A stretch of 64,000 nucleotides of DNA, from the NCBI GenBank assembly GCA_035193785.1, contig CP136572.1, positions 608,001 to 672,000 of the forward strand, given 5' to 3'. A program made the position numbers and the translations under genes. The notes under the pieces were generated by a model, which saw nothing but the letters and a program-made list of their open reading frames with translations, had not been told where the DNA came from and searched no databases. The DNA comes from Planktothrix sp. GU0601_MAG3 (GTDB lineage: Bacteria; Cyanobacteriota; Cyanobacteriia; Cyanobacteriales; Microcoleaceae). How positions within the stretch are numbered: position 1 is the first letter of the stretch; each line of letters starts with the position of its first letter. Of the stretch, positions 11,678 to 23,361 are shown one piece after another.

Positions 11678-12475
11678 TTATAATTTTGTTAACCTATCTA
11701 AACAAAGTTGATGGGAAGAATTAAGTAAAGCTTGCCAAGCTAATAATACTACTCCTAATGTTCCTAAAGCGGTGGCGGAGGCGATCGCAAAAATTATAAT
11801 AATTTGATAACGCACCGCATCTAAAGGGTTTGCACCCGCTAAAATTTGACCTGTCATCATACCGGGTAAACTGACAATTCCCATTACCATCATCGAATTA
11901 ATCATGGGGATCATTCCAGTTCTAATAGCGGCTTGAACTTCTTCATGGGTTGCTTCCCAACGGGTTGCTCCTAATGCTAATAAGGTTTCGATTTTTTGGC
12001 GTTGATTAACTAAGGATTCCATGAATCTATCCAATCCTAAAGAAATCCCAGTCAGGGTATTTCCTAATACCATTCCCAACAAGGGAATAAAGTATTGAGG
12101 ATCATACCAAGGTTGCACTTGAATAATCCCCAAGGTGGTTAAATTGGTAATTAGAAATGATGATATAAAAACCGATAATAAACTTCTCCAATAAATTCCC
12201 ACAAATCTCCGAGAAGTTCGATTAACACCAGAAATCCCCGCAATTGTTGTCATGATCATTGCTAAGGCAATAATAGGAAAAGGATCAGATAAAGTAAACA
12301 GCCAATTTAAAACATATCCAATTAACAATAACTGCACCACCATGCGCACACTAGCAATTATTAATGATTGGGCTAGACCTAATTTTAGTCCTAAAGATAG
12401 GACAATATTAATCAGAATGAATAATACAGATAGGGCTAATTGTTCTACAGTAATCGGAATATAACTACTAGACAT
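11678..12475 (-). CDS. fetB: ABC exporter permease, FetB/YbbM (STAR2-like) family
   Basis: RMVVQLLLIGYVL, IPLLGMVLGN, GIVSLPGMMTGQILAGANP, AVRYQI. Confidence 0.85.
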   Translation of the reverse strand: MSSSYIPITVEQLALSVLFILINIVLSLGLKLGLAQSLIIASVRMVVQLLLIGYVLNWLFTLSDPFPIIALAMIMTTIAGISGVNRTSRRFVGIYWRSLLSVFISSFLITNLTTLGIIQVQPWYDPQYFIPLLGMVLGNTLTGISLGLDRFMESLVNQRQKIETLLALGATRWEATHEEVQAAIRTGMIPMINSMMVMGIVSLPGMMTGQILAGANPLDAVRYQIIIIFAIASATALGTLGVVLLAWQALLNSSHQLCLDRLTKL

Positions 12476-12496
12476 TTTAGGATGAATCAGATATAA

Positions 12497-13144
12497 TTAT
12501 TGATCAGAAACTAATTCTTGTTGAACTTGAGTTACCCGACGTAATTGTTTAGAATCATGACTTGTCCAAATACAAGCTCGTTCGGGGTTTTCCGTTAACC
12601 AACGTTGGATTAAAGACTCAACTTGTTGCGTGGTTTTAGGGTCTAAAGAGGCGGTGGGTTCATCTAATAATAACACTAAGGGATCTAATTGTAATCCTCT
12701 AATTAATGCCACTAATTGTGTTTCGCCTCCTGAGAGATTTTGGGTAGATTGTTTTAGAAAATCTGGCGATCGCCCCACATCTAAAAACCAGTTTTCTACC
12801 CGTTGGGGGTTATAATGTTTTTGACGATGAACTAACAGATCATAAACCCTTTTTAAATTAGTTTCTACAGTTCCTTCTAATAATACTGGACGTTGATGTA
12901 AATAAATAACTAAAGAACGATATTGAGGGATATAACATTGGGTTAAAGGGCGATTTCCTAGTTTAATTTCCCCTTCATTAACGGGATCTAACCCCGCTAA
13001 TGATCGCATTAACATGGTTTTTCCGGTTCCTGTCGCCCCGACCAAACCCAAACACATCCCGGGGGATAATACCAAATCAACCCCTCGCCAAACCCATCGA
13101 GATTGAATTTTACGACCAAGATTAACAGCAGATAATTGGCTCAT
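12497..13144 (-). CDS. fetA: ABC exporter ATP-binding subunit, FetA/YbbL-like
   Basis: GATGTGKT, LSGGE, LLLDEPTASLD, WTSHD; adjacent to fetB. Confidence 0.8.
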   Translation of the reverse strand: MSQLSAVNLGRKIQSRWVWRGVDLVLSPGMCLGLVGATGTGKTMLMRSLAGLDPVNEGEIKLGNRPLTQCYIPQYRSLVIYLHQRPVLLEGTVETNLKRVYDLLVHRQKHYNPQRVENWFLDVGRSPDFLKQSTQNLSGGETQLVALIRGLQLDPLVLLLDEPTASLDPKTTQQVESLIQRWLTENPERACIWTSHDSKQLRRVTQVQQELVSDQ

Positions 13145-13275
13145 TGGATATTAGGAACTATACTTTTCTATTCTATCAAAAACTTAAAGTGATTGATACA
13201 ATTATAAGTAATTCCTTATTTGTATTCGCAGGAAGAAGTGGGACAACTTCTAGGAAATAAAGATCAGGAAACAAG

Positions 13276-14031
13276 TCACACCGCCAAAAATCGTTGGATG
13301 ACTTCTTGACTTAAATCTTTGGTTGCACCGGAAGCCACAATTCCACCTTTTTGCATGGCATAATAACGGTCAGCTTGACGAACAAAATGTAAATGTTGTT
13401 CTACTAATAAAACCGAAATTCCTGTTGTTTGAATAATTCCCCGCACCGCCGCTTCAATTTCTAAAATAATTGAGGGTTGAATTCCTTCTGTGGGTTCATC
13501 TAAAACTAATAATTGTGGTTTTCCCATTAACGCCCTAGCAATAGCTAACTGTTGTTGTTGTCCGCCGCTTAAATCTCCTCCCATGCGGGATAACATAGTT
13601 TTTAAAACGGGGAATAATTCAAAAATTTCATCGGGAATTTCTGGCTTTCCTTTCGGTCTTTTGGGTAATGCTTCTAACCCTAATAATAGATTTTCTTTCA
13701 CCGTCACCCGGGGAATAACTTCCCGTCCTTGGGGAACATAACCAATACCTAATCTAGCCCGTTTATCCGTGGAAACTTTATTAATAGGTTGACCTTGAAA
13801 ATAAATTTCCCCGGTTTTGGGTTTGAGTAACCCCATAATACTTTTTAATAAAGTGGTTTTTCCCACACCATTCCGCCCAATTAAACATACCATTTGTCCG
13901 GGGGTAACGTTTAAATCTACATCGCGTAAAATATGGCTTTCTCCATAATAAACATTCAATCCAGATACTTTTAACATAATATCTGGCGGTGCTACAGATT
14001 CTATAACTGTCGCTTCTGTTCTTCCGATCAT
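13276..14031 (-). CDS. urtE: Urea ABC transporter ATP-binding subunit UrtE
   Basis: GRNGVGKT, LSGGQQQQLAI, LDEPTEGIQPSI; last gene of the urt operon. Confidence 0.93.
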   Translation of the reverse strand: MIGRTEATVIESVAPPDIMLKVSGLNVYYGESHILRDVDLNVTPGQMVCLIGRNGVGKTTLLKSIMGLLKPKTGEIYFQGQPINKVSTDKRARLGIGYVPQGREVIPRVTVKENLLLGLEALPKRPKGKPEIPDEIFELFPVLKTMLSRMGGDLSGGQQQQLAIARALMGKPQLLVLDEPTEGIQPSIILEIEAAVRGIIQTTGISVLLVEQHLHFVRQADRYYAMQKGGIVASGATKDLSQEVIQRFLAV

Positions 14032-14186
14032 TTTGAAGTCCTCCTAGGATTAAAATTCAAACTTTATTTGATGTAGTAGCAAGGAAATTAATAGGGATCA
14101 CGGATTTAAGAGGATTTCACGGATTTCGCGGATTTTCATCTTTGTTAATCTGCGTCACCCCCTGCTCCCCCTGCCTCCCCTGCTCC

Positions 14187-14933
14187 CTATTCCTCTTGTT
14201 TTCCTAAATAAACTTCAATCACTCTGGGATCATTTTGCACTTCATCCATATCCCCTTGACATAATACCGAACCTTGATGTAAAACCGTCACGGTTCTGGC
14301 AATTTGTCGGACAAATTCCATATCATGTTCAATGACAATAATTGAGTGACTTTCTGCTAATGCTAACAGCAAATTCCCCACATTTTTCGTTTCTTCATCC
14401 GTCAGTCCGGCGACAGGTTCATCTACTAATAATAAATCGGGAGATTGTGCTACTAACATCCCAATTTCTAACCGTTGTTTTTCCCCGTGGGAGAGTAATG
14501 CGGCTGGAAAATCGGCTTTAACAATTAACCCAATGGTTTCTAATAGTCCCGCAACGTTTCTAATTTCTCCTCCTGTAGTTCGTTGAAATAAGGTGGGAAA
14601 TACATTTTTATTGCGGTTACAAGCTAAATCTAAATTATCTCTAACGGTTAAATTTAGATAAATTCTGGGGGTTTGAAATTTGCGTCCAATTCCAAAACAA
14701 GCAATTTGATATTCGGGCATTTTTCTAAGATTACGCCCTTTAAAAATTACCTGTCCTTCCGTGGGTTGAACTTTGCCCGTAATTACATCTAAAAACGTAG
14801 TTTTCCCAGCCCCATTCGGGCCAATAATTACCCGTAATTCCCCCACATCCATACTAAATGTTAGGTGGTTGAGGGCTTTAAATCCATCAAAGCTGACGGT
14901 GACATCATTAATTTCTAAAATTTTAGCATTCAT
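14187..14933 (-). CDS. urtD: Urea ABC transporter ATP-binding subunit UrtD
   Basis: VSFDGFKAL, GPNGAGKT, LSHGEKQRLEIGM. Confidence 0.93.
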   Translation of the reverse strand: MNAKILEINDVTVSFDGFKALNHLTFSMDVGELRVIIGPNGAGKTTFLDVITGKVQPTEGQVIFKGRNLRKMPEYQIACFGIGRKFQTPRIYLNLTVRDNLDLACNRNKNVFPTLFQRTTGGEIRNVAGLLETIGLIVKADFPAALLSHGEKQRLEIGMLVAQSPDLLLVDEPVAGLTDEETKNVGNLLLALAESHSIIVIEHDMEFVRQIARTVTVLHQGSVLCQGDMDEVQNDPRVIEVYLGKQEE

Positions 14934-14937
14934 GGTT

Positions 14938-16117
14938 TTAATCTTTCCTTATTTTCTGTTCAAATTCCTCTCTTTCTAACTCGAGTTTCTGGGTCTTCTT
15001 CTAAAGTTGGATAGGTCGCCAAGGGTTTAGGAAATCCGAATAAAGCACGAACTTGATCAAAGCTAAAGTTTCTTACCCATCCCACAATTCCATCGGGTAA
15101 TATTGTCACTACAATTAAGAATAATGCCCCTTGAAAAAATAGCCAAACTTCGGGAAATTGTTCACTTAATACGGTTTTTCCTAACCGCACTAATAGGGTT
15201 CCTAAAATTGCCCCGATCAAACTTCCTCGCCCCCCTACTGCTACCCAAATTACTATTTCAATTGAAAAAGCAACATCCATCGCGTTCGGGGTAATAATTC
15301 CGGTTTGGACGGTATATAATGCCCCCGCAATTCCGGCAAATGCTCCCGAAATAGAAAAGACTAAAACCTTAAACCAAGTGGGATTATAACCGGAGAATCT
15401 CAACCGAAATTCATCATCTCGAATCGCAATTAACAAATTACCAAACCTGCCACTGGTCAACCAACGACAGATTAAATAGGTAGCAATTAAAAACAGAATT
15501 GTGATCTCATAAAATACTAACTGAACCGGGGCAGAACCGACAACAAATCCAAAGATTTTATCGGTTTCGGTTTTTAATCCGTTGGTTCCATTAATTAATT
15601 GTTGTTGACCATTAAAGAAGTTAAAGAAAACGATTAATGCCGCCTGGGTAATAATCGAAAAATACACCCCTTTAATCCGGTTTCTAAACACTAAATACCC
15701 TAATAATCCGGCAACAATCCCCGGAATAACAATCACGGCAAATATGGTGAAAGGAAAGGAATAAAAGGGTTTCCATAACCAGGGTAAATCATTGACTCCA
15801 TAGAGGGTAAAAAAATCGGGGATTTCTCCAGCAGGAAGTTGCAATTTGAGATACATGGCTAGGGCATAACCCCCTAAAGCAAAAAATATTCCATGTCCTA
15901 AACTCAATAATCCCGTATATCCCCAGATTAAATCAATTCCTAATGCGGCGATCGCTAAAGCCAAAAACCGACCTAACAGTTGTAACCGAAAAGTGGGTAA
16001 TATTAAAGGCATAATTATGGCAAAAAACAAGCCCAAACCCATAATAATTGCCCCTTCAATCAGCTTTTTTTTGTACTTCTGCTTCTTGGTTGGAGGTAAA
16101 ATAATATCATTGTTCAT
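14938..16117 (-). CDS. urtC: Urea ABC transporter permease UrtC (probable +1 error at 14985-14989 alters the C-terminus)
   Basis: DLIWGYTGLLSLGHGIFF, RIKGVYFSIITQA, WVAVGGRG. Confidence 0.92.
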
Positions 16118-17279
16118 AGTTCAGCCGTTCTCCCTTTTTGTGGAAAGATTCCTGATGGTTTGACTTGTAAAAAGGCAATAATTAATACGAAAACCAATAC
16201 TTTTGACATACTGGTTGTCGCAAAAAAGTTGAAAAAATCAACGAAGAAAGGAGCGGCGTTCATGTTCGTTAATAATAGGGCTAGGGTTCCTGAACCAATT
16301 AAATAACTGGTAACACCAATGGCGAAGGAAGCAATCACGGTTTCCGAGGAGATTTCCCACCCCTCCCACCACCACCACCATGAAGGTATCAACGATATAA
16401 TTTTGTCCGGTATTGGGGCCGACTGAACCTAATAATGTAATCGCACATCCGGCAATTCCTGCGAGTCCTGAACCGATGGCAAAGGTCAGGGCATCAACGG
16501 TATCGGTGGGGATACCTAAACAGGCGCTCATGGTGCGATTTTGGGTGACTGAACGAATCCTTAATCCCCAGTTAGATTGGTTAAAAAACCAATAAATTCC
16601 GATTAAACAAATTATTGTTAAAACAATAATAAAAACCCGGGCATAGGGAATTTGAAATGTTCCTAATTCTAATCCTCCTCGCAACCAAGGCGGGGCAGTA
16701 ACATCGACGTTTCTGGCACTAAACCAAGGTTTTGATAGGGCTTTTTGACTTTGCCCAATTATTAATCCGATGGTTAGACCTATTCCTGATGATAAAAGGA
16801 ATAAAACAGAAATTGCCCACCGTTGAATATTCTCCCAATTGGGACGGCGACGTAGTACCCATAATCCGCCAAAAAATAGTAGGCAAAATATAACAATTCC
16901 GATCACAAATGTACTACTAACACTGCGAACAAATTGTTGTAAAATTAAACTCACCCCCCAAGTGGCTAATAAGGTTTCTAAGGGTCTTCCATACAAAAAT
17001 CTAATTACACCTCTTTCTAATGCTAATCCCGCCAAGGCTGTGACAATAAAGGCAATCGGAATGGCAAAAATAATGTAGGTACTAAATAGAGGTTCTCCCA
17101 GGGGTCTGAAGATATTTTGAACTACAAAGGTTGTATAGGCTCCTAACATAATTAGTTCCCCGTGAGCCAGGTTAATTACACCCATGAGCCCAAAGACAAT
17201 AGCAAGTCCTAATGCTGCCATTAACAGCACCGAAACCAATGCTAATTCCATTAAATATGGCTATTAACAAGTCTTGCAT
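16114..17279 (-). CDS. urtB: Urea ABC transporter permease UrtB; apparent +1 frameshifts at 17232-17236 and 16340-16344
   Basis: Restored N-terminus [61 protein letters not shown]/TVIAS. Confidence 0.93.
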
Positions 17280-17340
17280 TTTTAAGAAAAACTCCAAATT
17301 AGGTCAGAAAACTGAAATTTTCTTGATCTTTTCTGAGGGT

Positions 17341-17608
17341 AGATCCCCCAAAATCCCCCTTTTTAATGGGACTTTGACTTCTTTAATTTACCCTTTGAAA
17401 AAGGAAGACTTTAACTTCAAGTTCCCCTCTTTTTAAGGGGGGCTAGGGGCAGGGCTGTTTCATTCTTTGTAGGGGCAATCCCCCCGTGGTTGCCCCAATC
17501 CCTGAAACGCCTGCAAATCTGGGATGGGGAGGGTAGGCACGGGGGCACTACCCCTACAAAACCCGGGTTTCCCTGAGAATGAAACAGCCCTGGGGCTAGG
17601 GGGGATCT
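17341..17608. repeat. Palindromic intergenic repeat (AGATCCCCC...GGGGGGATCT) interrupted by a MITE
   Basis: Outer ends AGATCCCCC at 17341 and GGGGGGATCT ending at 17608; internal imperfect CCCC-T-run-AAGGG hairpins. Confidence 0.6.
17450..17592. mobile_element. 143-bp MITE with 17-bp TIRs and 10-bp target-site duplication
   Basis: CAGGGCTGTTTCATTCT (17450-17466) / AGAATGAAACAGCCCTG (17576-17592); GGGCTAGGGG at 17440-17449 and 17593-17602; internal GTAGGGG...CCCCTAC REP-like pair. Confidence 0.88.
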
Positions 17609-17632
17609 AAATCCAGAATTAAAATTGATTAA

Positions 17633-18965
17633 TTATGTCGCTTCCATTTTGTATTTTTCCCCTTTCTTGGGATCAGTCCAGTCACAACCAAAGCCCTTTG
17701 TAGCGGGTACAAATTGGTTCCAGGGAATCGGATCAACTGGGCCTTCCGTTGCCCAAACAATATTAAATAATCCATCATCCCGTACCTGTCCCATCCGCAC
17801 GGTTTTAGAAATATGATGGTTGGGGAACATCGTCACTTTGCCTTCGGGAGCATCAAAACTTTGACCGATAGCTGCCAATCTAACCTTCTCTAAATCATCA
17901 GCAGTTCCGGCTTTTTCTACGGCTTGTTTCCACAAATAGACCATCAAATAAGCGGCTTCCATCGGGTCATTTGTTACCCGGTCTTGTCCATATTCAGCCC
18001 TAAATGCTTCCACCCATTTCTTATTAGCGGGAGTGTCAACGGTTTGGAAATAGTTCCAAGCGGCATAGTGACCCAAAAGGAATTCCTTCCCAATTTGTCG
18101 CACTTCTTCTTCACCAATACTGACTGACATCACCGGATATTTTTCCGGGGTCATTCCCGCCCCCTGTAACTGTTTGAAGAAGGCTACATTACTATCTCCA
18201 TTCAAACTATTAAAAATTACACCGCCATCGGGTAATGCTTGTTTGATTTTAGTAATAATTGGGGTAACTTCCGTATTCCCCAAAGGTAAGTAATCTTCCC
18301 CTACGGTTGTACCACCAATAGCTGTTAATTGTTCCTTAATAATATTGTTGGCTGTGCGGGGAAAAACATAGTCAGAACCTACTAGGAAAAACTCCTTGCC
18401 CTTATTATCAAATAACCATTGTACGGCGGGTTCAATTTGTTGGTTGGGGGCGGCTCCGGTGTAAAAAATGTTTTTAGAACATTCTTGACCTTCATATTGA
18501 AACCGGATACCATAACATATGATTTCTCGATTCAAATACATCTTTTACCGCTTTCCGACTAGCAGATGTCCAGCAACCAAAAACAGTAACAACTTTATCT
18601 TGGTCGATCAATTTTTGAGCTTTTTCGGCAAAAGTTGGCCAGTCAGAAGCACCATCTTCAACTACGGCTTCAATTTGTTTACCCAGTACCCCACCATTGG
18701 CATTAATTTCTTTAATGGCTAACTTTTCGGCTTCTACAACGGTGGTTTCACTAATTGCCATCGTTCCACTCAAGGAGTGAAGAATTCCCACCTTAATGGT
18801 ATCGCCACCACCGCTTGGGGTTGAGGCTGGGGTTTCGGTTGAGGTGGGGGTGGGACTCGTGGTGTTATTGGTGGCATTTTGGGCGCACCCTTTGAGGAAC
18901 AGGGTACTCCCAAAGGCTGCCGAACCATAAACTAAGAATTTGCGTCTACCGAAATTTTTTTTCAC
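17633..18965 (-). CDS. urtA: Urea ABC transporter substrate-binding protein UrtA; apparent +1 frameshift at 18499-18503
   Basis: RRKFL signal, [42 protein letters not shown]. Confidence 0.95.
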
Positions 18966-19152
18966 GATAACTATTTATGAATTTTACTTGAAAATTCGCC
19001 CAAATAATGGGCTATTTTCTTGACCATATCTATAACCATAAATCGGTTAAACTGAAACATCGAGCATTAGGTAAAATTGCTGAAAAATTAACAACAATTG
19101 ACTGCGATTCGATGAATATATGGGGATGGGCAATTTTCTATTCCGGCTTTGA

Positions 19153-19194
19153 ATACTAGAGGAATTTGGCATGGTAAATTGTAATCTACAATAC
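19153..19194 (-). promoter_or_regulatory. NtcA-activated promoter of the urt operon
   Basis: TGTA-N8-TACA palindrome (core GTA-N8-TAC at 19181-19194); on the minus strand, TAGTAT (19158-19153) lies exactly 22 nt downstream, matching GTA-N8-TAC-N22-TAN3T. Confidence 0.85.
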
Positions 19195-19247
19195 AAAATA
19201 TGGGAAGTTAAACCCAGTTTCCCCCCTGAGTAAGGGGGGCGGGGGAG

Positions 19248-22200
19248 TTAAACGTAATAATCTTGAATCGCTTTCACTTCCAGGGGAGTAGACTTTAAGG
19301 AACGAATCGCCGCCACCGTTGCCTTAGCCCCAGCAATAGTGGTAATAATCGGGATTTTATAGGCTAAAGCCGAACGACGGATCATAATTCCATCGGTGCG
19401 GGACTCCTCACCAGAAGGGGTAATAATAGCCAACTGCACCGCCTGGTTTTTGATGGCGTCCAAAATATTCGGCCGTCCTTCGTGCAGTTTCAACTCCATC
19501 TCCACTTTCACCTCATTTTCCCAAAGCACTTTGCGAGTCCCAATGGTCGCGGTGACTTTGAACCCTAAAGCCAAGAAATCCCGAACCACGGGGACAATTG
19601 CCTGTTTATCCCGTTCATTCACAGAAATAAACACCGTCCCCGATAGGGGTAACACCTGTCCGGCGGCCAGTTCTGCCTTAGCAAAGGCTTTACCAAACTC
19701 GGTATCAATACCCATAACTTCCCCCGTAGAGCGCATTTCCGGCCCTAACAGCACATCCGTACCAGGGAATTTGGCAAAGGGTAACACGGCTTCTTTCACA
19801 GAAACGTGGGTAGGAATGATTTCTTCGGTAAAGCCTAATTCGATTAAACTTTTGCCCGACATCACCCGGGAAGCAATTTTGGCTAAGGGAACCCCAATCG
19901 CCTTAGAGACAAAGGGAACAGTTCGAGACGCCCGGGGATTAGCCTCTAAAATAAACACATTTTCCCCCTGTATACCGCAAACTGAATATTCATTAACCCG
20001 ACCACATTTAAGGCCTTGGCCAGTTCAATGGTTTGACGGCGAATGGTGGTAACAGCGGCTTCGGAGAGGGTTTGGAAGGGAATCGAACAAGCGGAGTCCC
20101 CAGAGTGAATTCCAGCCTGTTCGATATGTTCCATAATCCCGCCAATCACCACGTTTCCCTGTTGGTCGGCGATCGCATCCACATCAACTTCTATGGCATT
20201 TTGCAGGAACTGATCGACTAAAATCGGGTGATCGGGTTCGACATGAACGGCAAACAGCATATATCGTTCTAATTCCTCATCGGAATAGACGATTTCCATG
20301 GCCCGTCCCCCTAACACATAGGAAGGACGCACCACCACCGGATATCCAATCCGCTGCGCCACTTTCAAGGCTTCTTTGAAACTGCGGGCCATGCCATTTT
20401 CGGCTTGTAAAATATTCAATTTCCGCAGAATTTTCTCAAACCGTTCTCGGTCTTCCGCAATATCAATCGAGTCGGGAGAAGTTCCCCAAATCTTGGTTTT
20501 TAGGGTGGTTTTTTCTAAGGCTCGTTGCAGAGGTAAGGCTAACTTCAGAGGAGTTTGACCACCGAATTGAATAATAATTCCTTCCGGTTCTTCCGCTTCA
20601 ATAATATTCAGAACATCCTCTTTGGTTAGGGGTTCAAAATATAAGCGATCGCTCGTATCATAGTCGGTGGAAACGGTTTCTGGGTTGGAGTTAACCATGA
20701 TGGTTTCATAGCCATCCGCGCGTAAAGAATAGGAGGCATGACAACAACAATAATCAAACTCAATCCCCTGTCCAATGCGGTTTGGGCCACCACCTAAAAT
20801 CATTACCTTGGGTTTAGTCGAGGGTAAAATTTCGTCTTCTTCCCAATAGGTTGAATAATAATAGGGTGTGGTTGATTCAAATTCCGCCGCACAGGTATCC
20901 ACCATTTTATAAACGGGTTTTACTCCCAATCCTTTGCGGTATTCCCGGACTTCATCCTCAGTAGTTTTGGTGGCAAAGGCAATTTGGCGATCGCTAAATC
21001 CTTGACGTTTCACCGCTAACAGTTTATCTGGTTTTAACTCTTTTAGGGAACTGCGTTTGAGGAATTTTTCCGTTTCTAAGATTTCCTGCATTTTATCTAA
21101 AAACCAAGGATCAATTCCGGTAAGTTCATAGATTTCTTCTACCGTCATTCCCAACACCATCGCATTCCGCACCGTTAAAATCCTTTCTGGATTCGGTGTG
21201 CGTAAACCGGAGCGAATATGATCCAAACTAGAGAGTTTTTCCGAGCGATCGCAACCCCAACCTGCTAACCCGGTTTCCAAAGATCGTAGGGCTTTTTGGA
21301 AGGATTCACAGAAGGTGCCACCAATCGCCATCGCTTCCCCGACGGACTTCATTTGGGTAGTTAAAACTGGTTCCGAACCGGGGAATTTTTCAAAGGCAAA
21401 CCGGGGAATTTTGGTCACCACATAATCAATTGTGGGTTCAAAGGAAGCCGGGGTTTTCTTAGTAATATCATTACTGATTTCATCTAAGGTATATCCCACC
21501 GATAATTTCGCCGCAAATTTAGCGATCGGGAATCCCGTGGCTTTGGAAGCCAAGGCTGAAGACCGACTCACCCGGGGGTTCATCTCAATCACAATGAAAT
21601 CCCCCGTCACCGGATTAACGGCAAATTGAATATTAGATCCCCCGGTTTCTACCCCAATTTCTCGGATAATTTTAATCGAGGCATCCCGCAATCTTTGATA
21701 TTCTTTATCGGTTAAGGTTTGGGCGGGAGCAACGGTAATTGAATCCCCCGTATGTATCCCCATGGGATCGATATTTTCAATCGAACAAATAATCACCACG
21801 TTATCAGCTAGATCCCGCATGACCTCTAATTCGTATTCTTTCCAACCAATTAAGGATTGTTCGATTAAAATTTGAGAATTGGGAGACGCATCTAAACCGG
21901 ATTGAGCAATTTCTTCAAATTCTTCTTGGTTATAGGCAATACCGCCCCCGGTTCCTCCCATGGTAAAGGCCGGACGAATAATTAACGGGTAGCTCCCAAT
22001 TTGATGTCCCACCTGAATCGCTTCACTCATGGTATTAGCAATTCCCGAGGGACAACAGGCCACGCCGATTTTTTCCATGGCTTCTTTGAAACAGTTGCCG
22101 ATCTTCGGCTTTTTCAATGGCTTCTAATTTAGCCCCAATCAGTTCGACGCCATATTTTTCTAAGGTACCATTCCTGGCGAGGGAAACCGCTAAGTTAAGG

Positions 22201-22484
22201 GCGGTTTGACCTCCCATGGTGGGTAATAGGGCGTCGGGACGTTCTTTTTCGATTACCTTGGCTACGATTTCGGGAACTAGAGGCTCAATATAGGTGCGTT
22301 CGGCCGTTTCTGGATCAGTCATAATCGTCGCCGGGTTGGAGTTGACCAACACGACTTCATAGCCTTCTTCTCGCAGGGCTTTACAGGCTTGAGTTCCTGA
22401 ATAGTCGAACTCACAGGCTTGTCCAATCACAATCGGCCCAGAACCCAGGAGCAAAATTTTCTTTATGTCTGTACGTTTCGGCAT
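19248..22484 (-). CDS. carB: Carbamoyl-phosphate synthase large subunit; apparent frameshifts at 22088-22092 (+1) and 19970-19975 (+2)
   Basis: [53 protein letters not shown]; three ORFs join. Confidence 0.97.
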
Positions 22485-22705
22485 TATGAATTCTGTGTAT
22501 ATCAGTTGACGTTTAGCTTCATTAAACGGGATTGAGTATACAACTTACTCTTAAGTCTCTAAACATTTTAAGGTTATCCCTTTATATTCTTGTGAACTGT
22601 TTGATTAAACCTTGACAAATCCGGTTTTGTGTTTTTTTACAAAAATTTAAAATTTTCGGGGTTGCCACCGGGTGCGCCACCGTGCTATATTAATGATATT
22701 GGTAA

Positions 22706-22766
22706 TTATAGTGTAATGGGGTGGTTGCAAAAATTTTAAAATTGCGACCACCCCATTATACTATAA
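22706..22766 (+). other. 25-bp-stem inverted repeat in the carB divergent intergenic region
   Basis: TTATAGTGTAATGGGGTGGTTGCAA (22706-22730) pairs with TTGCGACCACCCCATTATACTATAA (22742-22766); the two mismatches are G-T. Confidence 0.75.
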
Positions 22767-22941
22767 ACATCTTCCCACGAATCCGTGGCCCTGTCAAGGG
22801 GGAATCCAGTTTTTTTTTCGATTTTTGGTAAATTTTTATAATGATTGGGTCGGTAGACTTTATCGACAATTAATGGGAGACTAAGACCAAATGGTTAACA
22901 TCCTGTCAGTTTAGCCAACCTGTTTTTAGCTGCGAGTTATT

Positions 22942-23229
22942 ATGCCCAGAATGCCTGATGAATATGTGGTTCACATCATGATTGAGGGGGGTCATCGAGA
23001 AGAAATTAAGTTTCCCACGATGCAAGACTTTCAGGTGTGGTACAACAAAGTTTTACTGCCCAAATTTGATAGTAGTGAATTTGTCAATGTTCCCATCAAA
23101 CAACGGGCAGAAGATAATAATGCTAAAGAATATATGGTTGTTCGTCCCAATGCGATTAAAGCGATTCGGGTCGAACCTGTGTTCAACTCCAGTATTGACC
23201 GTCGCATGGTTGATGAACCCGATATTTAA
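22942..23229 (+). CDS. Small hypothetical protein (resembles a conserved cyanobacterial family)
   Basis: 95-aa ORF, GGHREEIKF...EYMVVRP...IRVEP; recognised from memory only. Confidence 0.7.
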   Translation: MPRMPDEYVVHIMIEGGHREEIKFPTMQDFQVWYNKVLLPKFDSSEFVNVPIKQRAEDNNAKEYMVVRPNAIKAIRVEPVFNSSIDRRMVDEPDI

Positions 23230-23230
23230 A

Positions 23231-23356
23231 GTAGTAAGCCCTTTAGGGCTTATTCAATTATTTATGTTAATGAGAAAGCCCTGAAGGGTTTACTACAATA
23301 GGATAAAGCCCTGAAGGGCTTACTACGAAATGATACAGCCCTGAAGGGCTTACTAC
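23231..23356. repeat. Cluster of GTAG-type REP palindromes (GTAGTAAGCCCTTCAGGGCTT family)
   Basis: One copy at 23231-23251 and three inverted copies at a 30-bp period (ending 23296, 23326, 23356); further copies at 9774-9795, 35657-35678, 40819-40839, 45789-45809. Confidence 0.85.
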
Positions 23357-23361
23357 GAGAA

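Noticed and set aside
19396..20052. 218-aa ORF antisense to carB, and similar antisense ORFs over ftsH, urt, parM and psaA
   Set aside because: Shadow frames of well-conserved genes on the opposite strand with no recognisable motifs
23275..23356. Three repeats at a 30-bp period resembling a mini CRISPR array
   Set aside because: Spacers are only 8-10 bp, the unit is a dispersed REP palindrome found elsewhere in the window, and no cas genes are present
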